A DNA stretch of 64,000 bases from Alphaproteobacteria bacterium (GTDB lineage Bacteria; Pseudomonadota; Alphaproteobacteria; Bin95), in contig CAXXWS020000001.1 of NCBI GenBank assembly GCA_963665325.3, positions 96,001-160,000 of the forward strand, given 5' to 3'. Below, piece by piece: positions 30,104 to 40,338 of the stretch. The position numbers and the translations under genes are program-made. The stretch's first letter is position 1; each line of letters opens with the position of its first letter. Below the pieces are notes generated by a model, which worked only from the letters and a program-made list of their open reading frames with translations, was not told where the DNA came from and did no database searches.

Positions 30104-30490
30104 GTGCAGGTGCTGCTGGACACCCATGCCTTTTTCTGGTGGCTTGCGGACAGCGCGCGTCTTTCGGAACCGGCGCGCGACGCGATCGCAGATGAGTCGA
30201 ATGACATCACAGTCAGCGCAGCGTCCGCCTGGGAAATCGCCACCAAGTTCCGGATCGGCAAACTGCCGGGGTGCGAGGCCGTGGCGCTCGATGTCGCATC
30301 CCACATTGCCGGACAGGGGTTCGAAGAGTTGGCGATCGGCGTTGCAGACGCCGAGCGCGCCGGGCGCCTGCCCGGTTCTCATCGCGACCTGTTCGACCGG
30401 ATTCTCACCGCACAGGCTCTGGCGCGCGACGTCCCGATCGTCTCGGTCGATTCCGTATTCGACAGCTTCGGCGTCATTCGTCTGTGGTGA
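30104..30490 (+). CDS. vapC: VapC PIN toxin
   Basis: LLDTHAFFW, SAASAWEIATK, HRDLFDRIL.AQA, SVD. Confidence 0.9.
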   Translation: MQVLLDTHAFFWWLADSARLSEPARDAIADESNDITVSAASAWEIATKFRIGKLPGCEAVALDVASHIAGQGFEELAIGVADAERAGRLPGSHRDLFDRILTAQALARDVPIVSVDSVFDSFGVIRLW

Positions 30491-30534
30491 CCGGATTGCG
30501 CGGCATGCTCCGTCGTTCAGGACGGGGAGGATGT

Positions 30535-30735
30535 CTGCGCCGGGCTTCGGGCGGCCAGGGCGCGCGGCCGCAAGGGCGGTCGGAAGCCGGCCCTGACCAA
30601 GGCGCAGGTCCGCACGATCCAAGCAGCCATGGCCCACCGGGACACATCGGTCTCGGAACAGTGCAGGGGCTCGGGATCTCGCCCGTCATCCTCTACCGCT
30701 ATGTCGATCCGCAGGGAAACCTGCGAGACCACGTG
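30535..30735 (+). pseudogene. Serine resolvase/invertase C-terminal remnant
   Basis: AGLRAARARGRKGGRKPAL...GISPVILYRYVDPQG, frameshifted. Confidence 0.7.
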
Positions 30736-30790
30736 CAAAATCTCGCGACACTTGACCGCGATTGACGGAAAGCGCGTACTCGGCGCTTAG

Positions 30791-31810
30791 CCCAAGTTTA
30801 ACGTTTTGGTGGCCGATTTTGTCGAGATTGGCCGGCGCGGTGTCATCAAGCCATTGATATTGCTGTATTGAGGTTTCCGGGGGCGCAATGTAGTGCCATA
30901 ATATTTTCGCTTGGGTATTTCTAGACCTTGCGCCCGCTCCTATGCTGTGCGCCATGTTCATTCGCCGCACCAGGACCGGAACCGGCGAGCGCGGCGAGGT
31001 CTATTATTCCCATCGCCTTGTTCGCTCGGAGCGCGACGGCGGGCAGATCCGCCAGCGCACCCTGCTCAACCTGGGGAGCGACTTCCCTGTCGAGCGGCGG
31101 CACTGGGCGGTGCTGTGCAGCCGGATCCAGCAGCAGCTCGACCGCCAGGCCGAGCTGGTTCCGCTGTCCTGTCCGGAGGAGGTCGAGCGGCACGCCCAGC
31201 GCATCGCCGCGCAATTGCTCAACAGCGCGCCGTCCGGCGGGACCGGGCGCCCTGACCTGCAGACGGTGGATGTCGGCTCCCTGGAGCTGATCCGCCCGCG
31301 TTCGGTCGGCGTCGAGCATGTCGGGCTGTGGGCCATGGAGCGGACCTATACCTCGCTCACCGATGTGGAGGCGGTGTTCCGATCGCTCAAGTCGGAACTC
31401 GGCCTGCGCCCCATCTTCCACCAGACCCAGAGGCGCTCCGACGGCCACCTGTTCATCACCGTGATCGCCTACCAGATGGTGCAGACCATCCGCCGGCGCC
31501 TCGCCCAGCAGGGCGAATACGCCAGCTGGGCCAGCCTGCGAGCCATCCTCGAAGGCCAGCAGCGGGTCACCGCGACCTTCAGGCGCAAGGACGGACGCAC
31601 CTTGCATGTCCGCAAGGCCACACGGGCCGAGCCCGAACAGCAGGAAATCTATCGCGCGCTCGGCATCGACCCCGCCCCTGGAGGCATCAGGAAAATGATC
31701 GTCTGATCCCGAACCGGGCGAAATAACCGAAATGTAGTGCCAGACGCGAAATAGTTGCTCCGTAAGGCATTGATAATCAATGATCTTTAAAATGCTCTGT
31801 TAAACTTGGG
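30791..31810 (+). mobile_element. IS1634-family element, internally deleted (1020 bp)
   Basis: 12-bp TIR CCCAAGTTTAAC; TTAG on both flanks. Confidence 0.8.
30954..31706 (+). pseudogene. IS1634 transposase with in-frame internal deletion
   Basis: N-terminal RQRTLLNLG joined near 31340 to YTSLTDVEAVFRSLKSELGLRPIFHQ; too short to hold a full DDE core. Confidence 0.8.
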
Positions 31811-32143
31811 TTAGAGCCCCTCCGCGTACATGTCCCACGTCACGCCGTCCACACCGGCGGCAGCGTCCCGCTTCAGCGAGTGGAACGCCTCTTCCAGCAC
31901 AGGCACCGTGATGTGGTGCAGGAGCGCCACAAGACGCTCATCCGGGTTCCTCTTGGCAGCTTGCCGTATCCGGTCGGCCGCCTGTGTCACGCTTGCCCGC
32001 TTCTGCGCGCGGCGCGTGCTTTGGCTTTCCGGATTTCCCTCGGCCCCGGCCCTTGGCTCCACCGGTTCCGCCGGGCGTTGCCGCCCCTTGTTCGCCGGTC
32101 TCAAAGCTACTACTGCCGGGTCTGACTTCTTCAGGTCGTTCAT
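31811..32143 (-). pseudogene. Group II intron fragment (RNA domain III/IV region and RT N-terminus)
   Basis: KSDPAVVA..PANK...AEPVEPRAGAEGN typical of intron RNA; RIRQAAK...ALLHHIT...AF..LKRDAAAGVDGVTW RT domain 0. Confidence 0.8.
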
Positions 32144-33697
32144 CGCGCGGATGCGCTTCATCCGCATCCAGCGCCACTCGGGGCCGTAGGCGGCGCGGCG
32201 CAGCAGCGCCATCGCGTTGAGCGCCAGCGCCGCCAGCCACAGCCAGGCGGCGTTCGCCCCGAACCGCCCCGACGGCATCATCCCGGCGGCGAGGTCGGAC
32301 TTGAGCACCGCGTGCACCTCCTCGCCATGGCCGCAGCGTTGGTGGGCTGCCGCCACGACCTCGGCGGCTTCCATCACCTTCAGCCCGTTCGCCTTCTCCG
32401 CCCGGATTGCGTCGGGAGCCGGGAAGTTGGTCATATACGCCCTGATCCTGTAGGCGGGCCTGCCGTCCGTCGCCGGCAGGTCTCCCTCGTCCATGCCCAG
32501 CTTCCCGGGAAGCGCGCGCCGGGTCACGACGTAGCGGATCACATGGTGCGGCTTCAGCCCGTTGGCGGTTGCGGGGACGTAGGGCAGTTCGGCGCATTCG
32601 AGGTGGGGCTCGCCCGGCGCCGCCTGCGCACTCCGCGTCCCCGACACCGGGCGCCAGGCGTCTTCGGCGAGCCGCGCCACCTCCGCCATCAGCGGCTCCG
32701 AACGAGTGGCGCCGCAGATCAGCCCCACGGTCCCGAAGCGCCGCGTCTCCTCCCGGCGGAAGGCGGGGTCGTTGCAGGCGCGGATCACATCTTCCTGGTA
32801 GCCCGCCCCGTCGGTGCGAAGGGTGACCCGGCGCACAGCGCCGGGCAGTTGCAAGAGCGCCTCCTCCAGCGCCCGCAGGTTATCCATCGACGCCGGCACG
32901 TTGCCGTCACGGATCTCGAGCCAGGGCGCCATCCCGATCTCGGGGCAGAAGGCGACCAGCGGCTGGTAGCCCCGCTCGCCCGGAACCACCCGCTCCGCCG
33001 CCCGGTAGGTGTACAGGCATTCGCGCTTGCCGGACGCGATGATCGTCGCATCGAGGTCGATGGTCACCGACCCCGCACCTGCCTCCCGCACGCCTTCGGC
33101 GACCAGACGCCGCCCGACCTCCCGGAACAGCTCGTGGTGTTCGCTGTGCGCCGGGATGAACGCCTTGCCCTTCTCGCGCTCTACGTCATGCACGCCCGCG
33201 ACATGAAAGCGGTCCAGCCAGTCGCGCAGCGAGCGCGCCGAGGGAAAGCAGCGCTCCCGTCCGCCCCGGAAGCGCCGGGCGAGCGCGCGCCTCGACAGGC
33301 CGAGCAGCTTCGCCTCGAAGCGCCCGACCAGCGCACAAAGACCCGCATCGCCTTCCAGACGGTCGATGTCCGACACCCGGTCGAACCCCGCGACGTTGAG
33401 AAACAGGACGGCCAGGATCATCTGACCGTCGCTCCAGCCCTGCGAAGAGCTGCCATCCGACCCCGGCAGAGCCGCCAGAACGCGTGTCGCCGCCAGCAAC
33501 TCCAACAGCACCACCAGACCGCCCAGCGCCGTCGCAGGCGTCCCATCCCGGGCAACTTCAAGCTTGACCGGAGAGCGATAAGGCGTGACCATTTTCTTCA
33601 CCCGGTTGGTGACGCCCACAAGGGCGGGTTGCTGACACAACCCATTGCAAAAATGGCCCAACCGGGTGCTCAAACTTTTTCTGATCGCCGATCAGGG
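32144..33697 (-). mobile_element. IS1380-family element, 3' truncated (transposase from 33592)
   Basis: TALGGL, TIDLDAT, GYQPL, RDGNVPA, LRTDGAGY, E..HAVLK, PSGRFGANAAW; end CCCTGATCGGCGA at 33685-33697. Confidence 0.85.
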
Positions 33698-34262
33698 ATA
33701 ATCGGGTCCCTTCGGGGCGCCGGTGTACGTGGATTGCCGGTTTCGTTCGCGCAGCGCCAATCCCGCAGGCAATGTGTACGCCTACGGGACACCCTCTATG
33801 CAGCTTGTCCGCTGAGGGTGTCGCCCCCGCCGCATCCTGGGGATGGCGGCGGGGGCGACGGTTGCAACACACCCCTTGGGAAAAAGGGATGAGTGATCAG
33901 CCTGACTCTCCCGCCCGGACCTGTCAAACAAAATGACGCATTTTCTCCGCGATACGATGACGGCCGGCGCAAGCTGATTACAGAACGAGGCTGCCCTTTT
34001 CCAATGTTGTTCGGCGTGTGGTTTCGACGCTGATCAGCGGCTCAATCCGTTCACCTGGCGAGATACCGCGCTTGCCCCGGCCGGAACCGGCCCAGCGCAG
34101 CTTGCGAATGGCGCGCTCACAGCGCTCGCGTGACGTACAGATTCATCCGATACATTCTGCGTAACTGCCCAGGTCTGATTCTGTCGAGCACTTGGACGTG
34201 ATGGATTGATGGTTCTGAGGAGGCAGGGGCCAGGCGGCGCTTTCCCTGAGCAGCGCAGGATT

Positions 34263-34455
34263 TCAGAGGCGCAATACGGGGATCATCTGGATGGGATCGG
34301 GGTGCGCCAGGGTTTCGAGGACATTCCAGCGCTGTTTTCGAGCGGTGGCGATGACGGATCGCAGGTTTGCGAAGTCGCGGGCGCCTTGCATCGAGCGGAA
34401 GCCGCCTGAGATTTTCTGGCGCAGCTTGCCCATTCGGAGGTCGCGCTCGGCCTCG
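34263..34455 (-). pseudogene. IS66-A transposase C-terminal part
   Basis: EAERDLRMGKLRQKISGGFRS continues SNN from the 37873 side. Confidence 0.88.
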
Positions 34456-34593
34456 TTATCCCCGATCACGGATTATTCCCGATTCGTCGCCGGACCCGCC
34501 GATTCGCGCAGCATCGAGCGCAAGATGCCGGAATAATCACAAGCTGTCTTCTCCCGCTGGCTCGCTCGCCAGCGTATGCAAAGGAGAAGACAG

Positions 34594-35844
34594 ATGTCGA
34601 CAACCCACTTCTTTCTCGCGGCAGGAGCGGGCTGGGATCGGCTGTATGCCGGCCCGCTCGCCAGCCATGTTGATGATTTTGCGGATTGGCTCGCGCATCA
34701 GGGCTACGCGCGGAAGACCGGACGCCGGAAGCTTCGATTGGTCGGCCAGTTCAGCCGCTGGCTGGGGGATCACGGGCTCAACCTTCCGGCGCTGGACGAG
34801 GTGCAACTCGAACGGTTTCGTAGCTTCCGATCACGCCTCGGCAAGTACACGGCCAACGTCATGTCCGACGGTCGGGAGCTGTTGACGTGGCTACGCGAGA
34901 CCGGCCGTCTGGCGCCGGTCGAGGCCGAACCGTCGTGCGATGACCCGGTTGGGGACGCCGTAGACCGGTATGAGCGCTTCCTCTTCGGCGAACGCGGCGC
35001 AAGCCTGAACACGGTACAGGCTTATCTGTCGACCGTTCGAACCTTTCTCGGCGATCGTTTCGAGTCCAGGCCTGCTGAGCTTGAGTCTCTGGGTATCCAG
35101 GACATCAACGGGTTCATTCTGCACTCGTGCCAGAGCCACAGTCCGGCGACGACACGGGTCCATGTTGCGGCTTTGCGCAGTTTCACGGGGTATCTGTATC
35201 GATCCGGGATCATGGCCACAGATATCGCCGACGGGATAGCCGGGGTCAGAACCTGGCGCCTGTCGAGCTTGCCCAAGGGGCTGGAGCCGGATCAGGTCAA
35301 AGCGGTACTCGCCAGTTGCGACCGCAGCACGGTCACTGGTCGGCGCGATTACGGCGTTCTGCTGTTGCTGGCGCTCCTCGGATTGCGGGCCTGTGAGGTC
35401 GTGCGCCTGACCCTGGACGACATCGACTGGGGCAACGCCGAGATTGCCGTGGTCGGCAAGGGTGGCCGACGCGATGTTCTGCCCCTGCCCCAAGAGGTCG
35501 GCGAAGCTCTCGTTGCGTATCTGCAAGCCGGTCGGCCGACTTGTGCGACACGCCGTCTGTTTGTGGGGCGCTATGCCCCGGTTCGCGGCTTTCAGTCGTC
35601 GTGCGCCGTTGTCAAAATCGTTCGTTATGCGTTCGCACGGGCCGGAATCGAACGACCGGGCAGGGGCGCGGCCCATCTTCTTCGTCATTCACTGGCAACC
35701 AGAATGCTGCGCAACGGAGCCTCGCTCGAGGAGATCGGGCAGATCCTGCGGCACCACAGTCCCGACAGCACGCGGATCTACGCCAAGGTCGATCTTGACG
35801 CCCTTCGCCCCCTGGCCCCGGCGTGGCCGGGAGGTGCGGCATGA
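34594..35844 (+). CDS. ritA: RIT tyrosine recombinase A
   Basis: RD...LLGLRACEV, GKG, HLLRHSLA, LRH...STRIYAKVD. Confidence 0.9.
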   Translation: MSTTHFFLAAGAGWDRLYAGPLASHVDDFADWLAHQGYARKTGRRKLRLVGQFSRWLGDHGLNLPALDEVQLERFRSFRSRLGKYTANVMSDGRELLTWLRETGRLAPVEAEPSCDDPVGDAVDRYERFLFGERGASLNTVQAYLSTVRTFLGDRFESRPAELESLGIQDINGFILHSCQSHSPATTRVHVAALRSFTGYLYRSGIMATDIADGIAGVRTWRLSSLPKGLEPDQVKAVLASCDRSTVTGRRDYGVLLLLALLGLRACEVVRLTLDDIDWGNAEIAVVGKGGRRDVLPLPQEVGEALVAYLQAGRPTCATRRLFVGRYAPVRGFQSSCAVVKIVRYAFARAGIERPGRGAAHLLRHSLATRMLRNGASLEEIGQILRHHSPDSTRIYAKVDLDALRPLAPAWPGGAA

Positions 35845-36770
35845 CAAGCCTTCGGACCCTGTGTGAGGACTATCTCGCCTTCCGCCGCTCCCTGGGGGCC
35901 AAGCTCCTGATGACGCGCGGGCTCCTGTTCCAGTTCATCGCGTTTCTGGCGCAGCGCGAGGCCCCGTTCATCACCGCCGCGCTGGCGATCGAGTGGGCCA
36001 GCAAGCCGGAAGGCGTCCAACAGGAATGGCGGGCGCGCCGCCTGTCGGAAGTCCGTCAGTTCGCCCGCTATGTTCACGCGGTCGATCCGCGCCACGAGGT
36101 CCCGCCTCAGCGGCTCCTGCCCTATCGGCGCCAGCGCCCCCAGCCCTACATCTACAGTGATGGCGAGATCGAAGACCTGATCGGTGCCGCACGTGATCTG
36201 TCCGGGCATCTCCGCCCGCGGACCTGCTCGACGATGCTGGGCCTGCTGGCGGTGACCGGCATGCGCAGCGGCGAAGTGGTCCGTCTCGACCGCGACGATG
36301 TCGATCTCCGGCAGGGGATCCTGACCATCCGCGAGAGCAAGTTCGGCAAGTCGCGTCTCAACCTCTGCCATGACACGACCGTGCAGGCCTTGAGCGAGTA
36401 CGCTGCCTGGCGGGACGAACGCTGTCCTCGTCCGCAATCTCCCGCCTTCTTCCTGAACGAACGCGCGAAGCGGATCGGCAAGGCAAGCTTCCGCAAGACG
36501 TTCAAGACCCTGACGTGTCAGACCGGTCTGCGGGACCCCGCGGCTTCCCATGGACCCCGCCTTCACGATCTCCGTCACACCTTCTCCGTAAGAACTCTGA
36601 TTCGGTGGTATCGCGACGGTGTTGACGTCGACCGCCACCTGCCACGTCTCTCCACCTGGCTCGGCCATAGCTGTATTGCCGATTCCTATTGGTATCTCAC
36701 CGCAGTTCCCGAACTCATGGCGCTTTCCGCCTGGCGTCTCGATGAATGGCAGGGGAGGCACAGCTCATGA
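35841..36770 (+). CDS. ritB: RIT tyrosine recombinase B
   Basis: TGMRSGE, SKFGKSR, RLHDLRHTF, LSTWLGH...YWYL; ATGA overlap. Confidence 0.9.
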   Translation: MTSLRTLCEDYLAFRRSLGAKLLMTRGLLFQFIAFLAQREAPFITAALAIEWASKPEGVQQEWRARRLSEVRQFARYVHAVDPRHEVPPQRLLPYRRQRPQPYIYSDGEIEDLIGAARDLSGHLRPRTCSTMLGLLAVTGMRSGEVVRLDRDDVDLRQGILTIRESKFGKSRLNLCHDTTVQALSEYAAWRDERCPRPQSPAFFLNERAKRIGKASFRKTFKTLTCQTGLRDPAASHGPRLHDLRHTFSVRTLIRWYRDGVDVDRHLPRLSTWLGHSCIADSYWYLTAVPELMALSAWRLDEWQGRHSS

Positions 36771-37765
36771 GTGCGATCGCCGATTTTGCCAAGCTGCTGG
36801 CCCTGTTCTTCTCCCGGTACCTCATGCAGCAACGTCAGGTCAGCCCCAACACCATCGCCAGCTACCGCGACACGTTCCGGCTTCTCGTCAACCATGCCAA
36901 CAGGGTCCTCGGCAAGTCGCCACAGGACCTGTCTTTCGAGGATCTCGACGCCGACTTCATCGGTGACTTCCTCAATCATCTCGAGCACGAGCGCGGCAAC
37001 GATGTCCGTACCCGCAATGCCCGCCTGGCGGCAATCCGGTCTCTGTTCGGTTATGTCGCCCTGCACGAGCCGCAGCATGCAGCCCTGGCTCAACGGGTCC
37101 TGGCCATACCGACCAAACGCTATACCCGACGAGAGGTCGACTTCCTCAATCGCGCGGAGAGCGAAGCTCTCCTGCGGGCACCGGATCGGACCGGTTGGGT
37201 TGGGCGACGCGACTACTGCTTGCTGTTGGTGGCGCTGCAGACCGGCATGCGGAGCTCGGAGATCATCGCCCTGCGCCGCACCGATGTCCGCCTTGGTGAC
37301 GGCGCTCATGTCCGCTGTCACGGCAAGGGGCGGAAGGAGCGCTCGATCCCGTTGCGCCGGGACTCGGTGGCGGCCCTCCGTGCGTGGTTGAAAGAGCGCG
37401 GCGGCGAGCCCTATGACCGGATCTTCCCGAACCAGCGCAGCAGACCGCTCACGCATGGCAGTTTCGACTATCTCCTGGCTCGGAACCTCGCCGTCGCGCG
37501 GGCGGCCTGCACGTCGCTGGCGGACAAACGGGTCACGCCCCATACCCTGCGCCACAGCGCCGCCATGGAACTGCTTCAAGCTGGCGTTGACCGTGCAACC
37601 ATCGCGTTGTGGCTCGGGCATGAATCCGTCGAGACCACCTACATCTATTTGCATGCCGATCTCGAACTGAAGGAGCGGGCAATGGCCAGAACGACCCCTG
37701 CCGGGACCCCAATGAGAAGGTACGAACCGCAGGACAGTGTCCTGGCGTTCCTGAACAGCTTGTGA
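36767..37765 (+). CDS. ritC: RIT tyrosine recombinase C
   Basis: SPNTIASYRD, TRNARLAAIRS, GKGRKER, TPHTLRHS, WLGHESVETTYIY. Confidence 0.9.
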   Translation: MSAIADFAKLLALFFSRYLMQQRQVSPNTIASYRDTFRLLVNHANRVLGKSPQDLSFEDLDADFIGDFLNHLEHERGNDVRTRNARLAAIRSLFGYVALHEPQHAALAQRVLAIPTKRYTRREVDFLNRAESEALLRAPDRTGWVGRRDYCLLLVALQTGMRSSEIIALRRTDVRLGDGAHVRCHGKGRKERSIPLRRDSVAALRAWLKERGGEPYDRIFPNQRSRPLTHGSFDYLLARNLAVARAACTSLADKRVTPHTLRHSAAMELLQAGVDRATIALWLGHESVETTYIYLHADLELKERAMARTTPAGTPMRRYEPQDSVLAFLNSL

Positions 37766-37872
37766 TTATTCCGGCATCTTGCGCTCGATGCTGCGCGAAT
37801 CGGCGGGTCCGGCGACGAATCGGGAATAATCCGTGATCGGGGATAACGAGGCTTATTTCAGATCTGGAATAA

Positions 37873-39227
37873 GCCTCGTTGTTGGAGAAGGGTGTTCGCG
37901 GATCGGTGAGGAAGCGCAGGCACCCCTCCTTGTACTTCTGGAGCCGGAGGGCGAGGTTGTGACCGATGCGGCGCTTTTGTCGTCCACGCTTTCCGGTCCG
38001 GAGCGGTGGCATTTCTTCGTGAGAGGCGATGGCCCGCTCAAGGATGCGGTCCCAGGCTTGCGAGATGCGGGCCACCAGTGAGGCGGGCACGTCGCGATCA
38101 TTGTTGCGGGCGAAGCGGGCGGCTCTGTTGGCACGGGTGAGGAGCCGGTATGTGCTCGTTGCCCAGTCTTCCTTCTCGATCTCGATGAGGGCCTGGAGCT
38201 CACGCAGGTGATGGGCGTTGCAGGCCCCGTGACGCACGCCCTCGAGAGCGAAGTAGGTGGCGTAGTCGTCATGGATGACGATGCCGTTGAGCTTCTCGTC
38301 GATGTGGCTGCGCCCGGTGGCGACGCGCAGGATGGTGAGCAACGGGGTGCACAGCACATGGAGCCACCGGGTCCGGGCGGCGATGCGGATGCCGGTCTCG
38401 TCGAGGTGTTTGACCGGGGCTGCGGTGCGGATGATCTCCGCGAGGCGATCGAGGAAGCCTTCGAAGCGCCGGGCGGTGCGCCTGCCCATGGCGACGATGG
38501 TGGCTGTTGAGAGCTTGACCGCGAAGAGGTCGCTCATGACCTCGGCGACGCGCTTCTCGGGAATGAACTGAGCGTGCAACAGGTAGGTCACCCACGCGGT
38601 GATGCGCGGCCCATACTGGACCGGAGCGCTCACGCCGTTCGGGAAGGCGGCTGTCGTCACGGTGCCGCAGGCGGCGCAGAGGCAGCGATGGCCGCGATGT
38701 TCGGTGACCTCGAGGGGCTGCGGCTCGGGCACATCGAAGACCTGCCGGCAGACGGGGGCTCCGTGACGGTCAGCGTCCGACAGCGGCGCGCCGCAGCCCT
38801 CACAAGCGCACGGATCATGATCGACGACATGGTCGGGCGTCGCGGTCCGTTCCAGGGTGGTTCCCTTGTGGCCCGGCTGGCCGCCACTGGGCCTGTCGGA
38901 CTTGCCGCGCTGGCTCCGGGTGCGCTTCTCCCGGTCACCGCTCTTCTTCTTCAGGCCGTCGCTGGCCGGCGGCCTGGAGCTGGTGGTGCTGTCGAGCGCG
39001 GCGCGGCGCTCGAGTTCGGCGATCCGCTCGCGCAAGCGGGCGTTCTCCTGCTCCAGCGCGTCGTTCTCCTTGACCAGGGCCGCGCTCAGGCGCAGCAACC
39101 TCTGGCCCCATTCCCGAATGGCTTTGACGGCGGTCATCGCGAAGGATTGTGGGGTAAAAAGGTCCTGCAGGCACGCGAAGGCCTCGTCGTGGGCAGCGAG
39201 GTCCTCGTGCCAGCGCGACACTGTCAC
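37873..39227 (-). pseudogene. IS66-A transposase N-terminal part
   Basis: DSTTSSRPPASD, GGQPGHKG, zinc finger, HLDETG, CNAHHLREL, PFSNNEA at the break. Confidence 0.9.
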
Positions 39228-39892
39228 GAACCCTCGTCGGCCTCGACGGCCATGATCGCGGCCAGCACCGCCAGGCGTTCGCCCGCCGGCATGGCCTCGT
39301 AGCGCCGGCCCCAGTTGGCCGCCTTGCGCTTGATGGACTGGCGTTCGGTGAAGTTCCGGCCGGCGAAGCTCGCCCAGTGCACCCGGTCAGGCGCGAAGTT
39401 GAACCACACGACCTCGGTCCGCACCTGGGCCTGGGTCGTCACCTGCAGCGCCAGCCGGCGCCAGCCCGCCAGCAGCTCGTCATAGAGCGCAGACGGGTGG
39501 CCCGAGACCATCACCTGGCAGGGCAGACCCTTGAGCAGTTCGAGGAGCGCGACGTGGTCGGCTTCCTCATACTCGAAGCGGTAGCGCTGCGACGAACGAC
39601 GGGTCGCGTGCAGATAGGGCGGATCGCTGTAGACCAGCTCCGGGCCCAGGAACGGGAACGAGGCCAGGAAGGAATGGGCGCAGCCGTGCACCAACTCTAC
39701 CGGGTAGTCGCAGCCAAAGGCCTCAAGCGCCCGCTCGTCGCGGTCGATCCCGATCGAGCGCATGGCCGCCGGCTTGCGCTTCATCAGCGCCCCGCCTCCA
39801 AGATGGCTCTCGATATAGACAGAGTGCGGCGGCATCAGCGCAATCAGCGCCTGGCTCAGACCGGTCGTCGCCTTCGACCCGAAATACCCCAA
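39224..39892 (-). CDS. Dam-like (D12 class) DNA adenine methyltransferase
   Basis: YFGSK, PPHSVYIESHLGGGA, DPPY, EVVWFNF; stop overlaps transposase start. Confidence 0.85.
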   Translation of the reverse strand: MGYFGSKATTGLSQALIALMPPHSVYIESHLGGGALMKRKPAAMRSIGIDRDERALEAFGCDYPVELVHGCAHSFLASFPFLGPELVYSDPPYLHATRRSSQRYRFEYEEADHVALLELLKGLPCQVMVSGHPSALYDELLAGWRRLALQVTTQAQVRTEVVWFNFAPDRVHWASFAGRNFTERQSIKRKAANWGRRYEAMPAGERLAVLAAIMAVEADEGS

Positions 39893-40338
39893 CGGCTGCT
39901 CCTCTCATGCGAGAGTGCAACCCATAGTTGCGTGGGCCTATACAGTCAAGAGAGGAAGGGGATCGACGACCCGCCGACCGCAAAACGGCGCCCACGGCCA
40001 ACAAAACTCAGAACGCACTCAGAGCGCGCGGCAGGCTACCTGGGTAGTTACAATGGCAGTTTCGTAGTAATTGCGGAAGCACTGGGTGCCGATGGATGGC
40101 AGCAGTCTGTTGATATCGGTCATCATCGGCATCCAGTTCTAGGTAAAGCCGGCAAACTGAACCGAGAGCGCCGCGTATCGGGGACGACCGGTCGTGCAGG
40201 GAGACTGGTTGCGGGTCAGTGCCATTGGTGTTCGGAAATTATGTAGGAAACCTGGTATTAGCCATTCGGCTTCGGGTTAATTCCGGCAGGGGCCTGATCG
40301 TAGTACGCGAGGCGAAGTGGTGCGGGTGCAGGGGGTTG

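Larger units (their letters stand above)
34456..37872 (+). mobile_element. RIT element copy 1
   Basis: Three overlapping tyrosine recombinases; 92-bp perfect TIRs 34456-34547 and 37755-37846; 20-bp palindromic linker 37853-37872. Confidence 0.92.
34161..40051 (-). mobile_element. IS66-family element A (ISBst12-like) with methylase passenger, interrupted by RIT copy 1
   Basis: TIR GTAACT(G/A)CCCAGGT at 34161-34174 and 40038-40051; no target duplication seen. Confidence 0.75.

Noticed and set aside
28227-30490. Integron cassette array of TA genes
   Set aside because: No intI and no recognisable attC sites between modules
31811-32143. Possible DGR, retron or active RT system
   Set aside because: Only RT domain 0 is present; no YADD motif and no TR/VR pair seen
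37533-37872. IS66 ORFs reading through into RIT ends as novel fusion proteins (also 45664-45907)
   Set aside because: Incidental read-through after the insertion breakpoints
34153-40059. Target-site duplication for IS66-A
   Set aside because: Flanks CATTCTGC and AATGGCAG do not match
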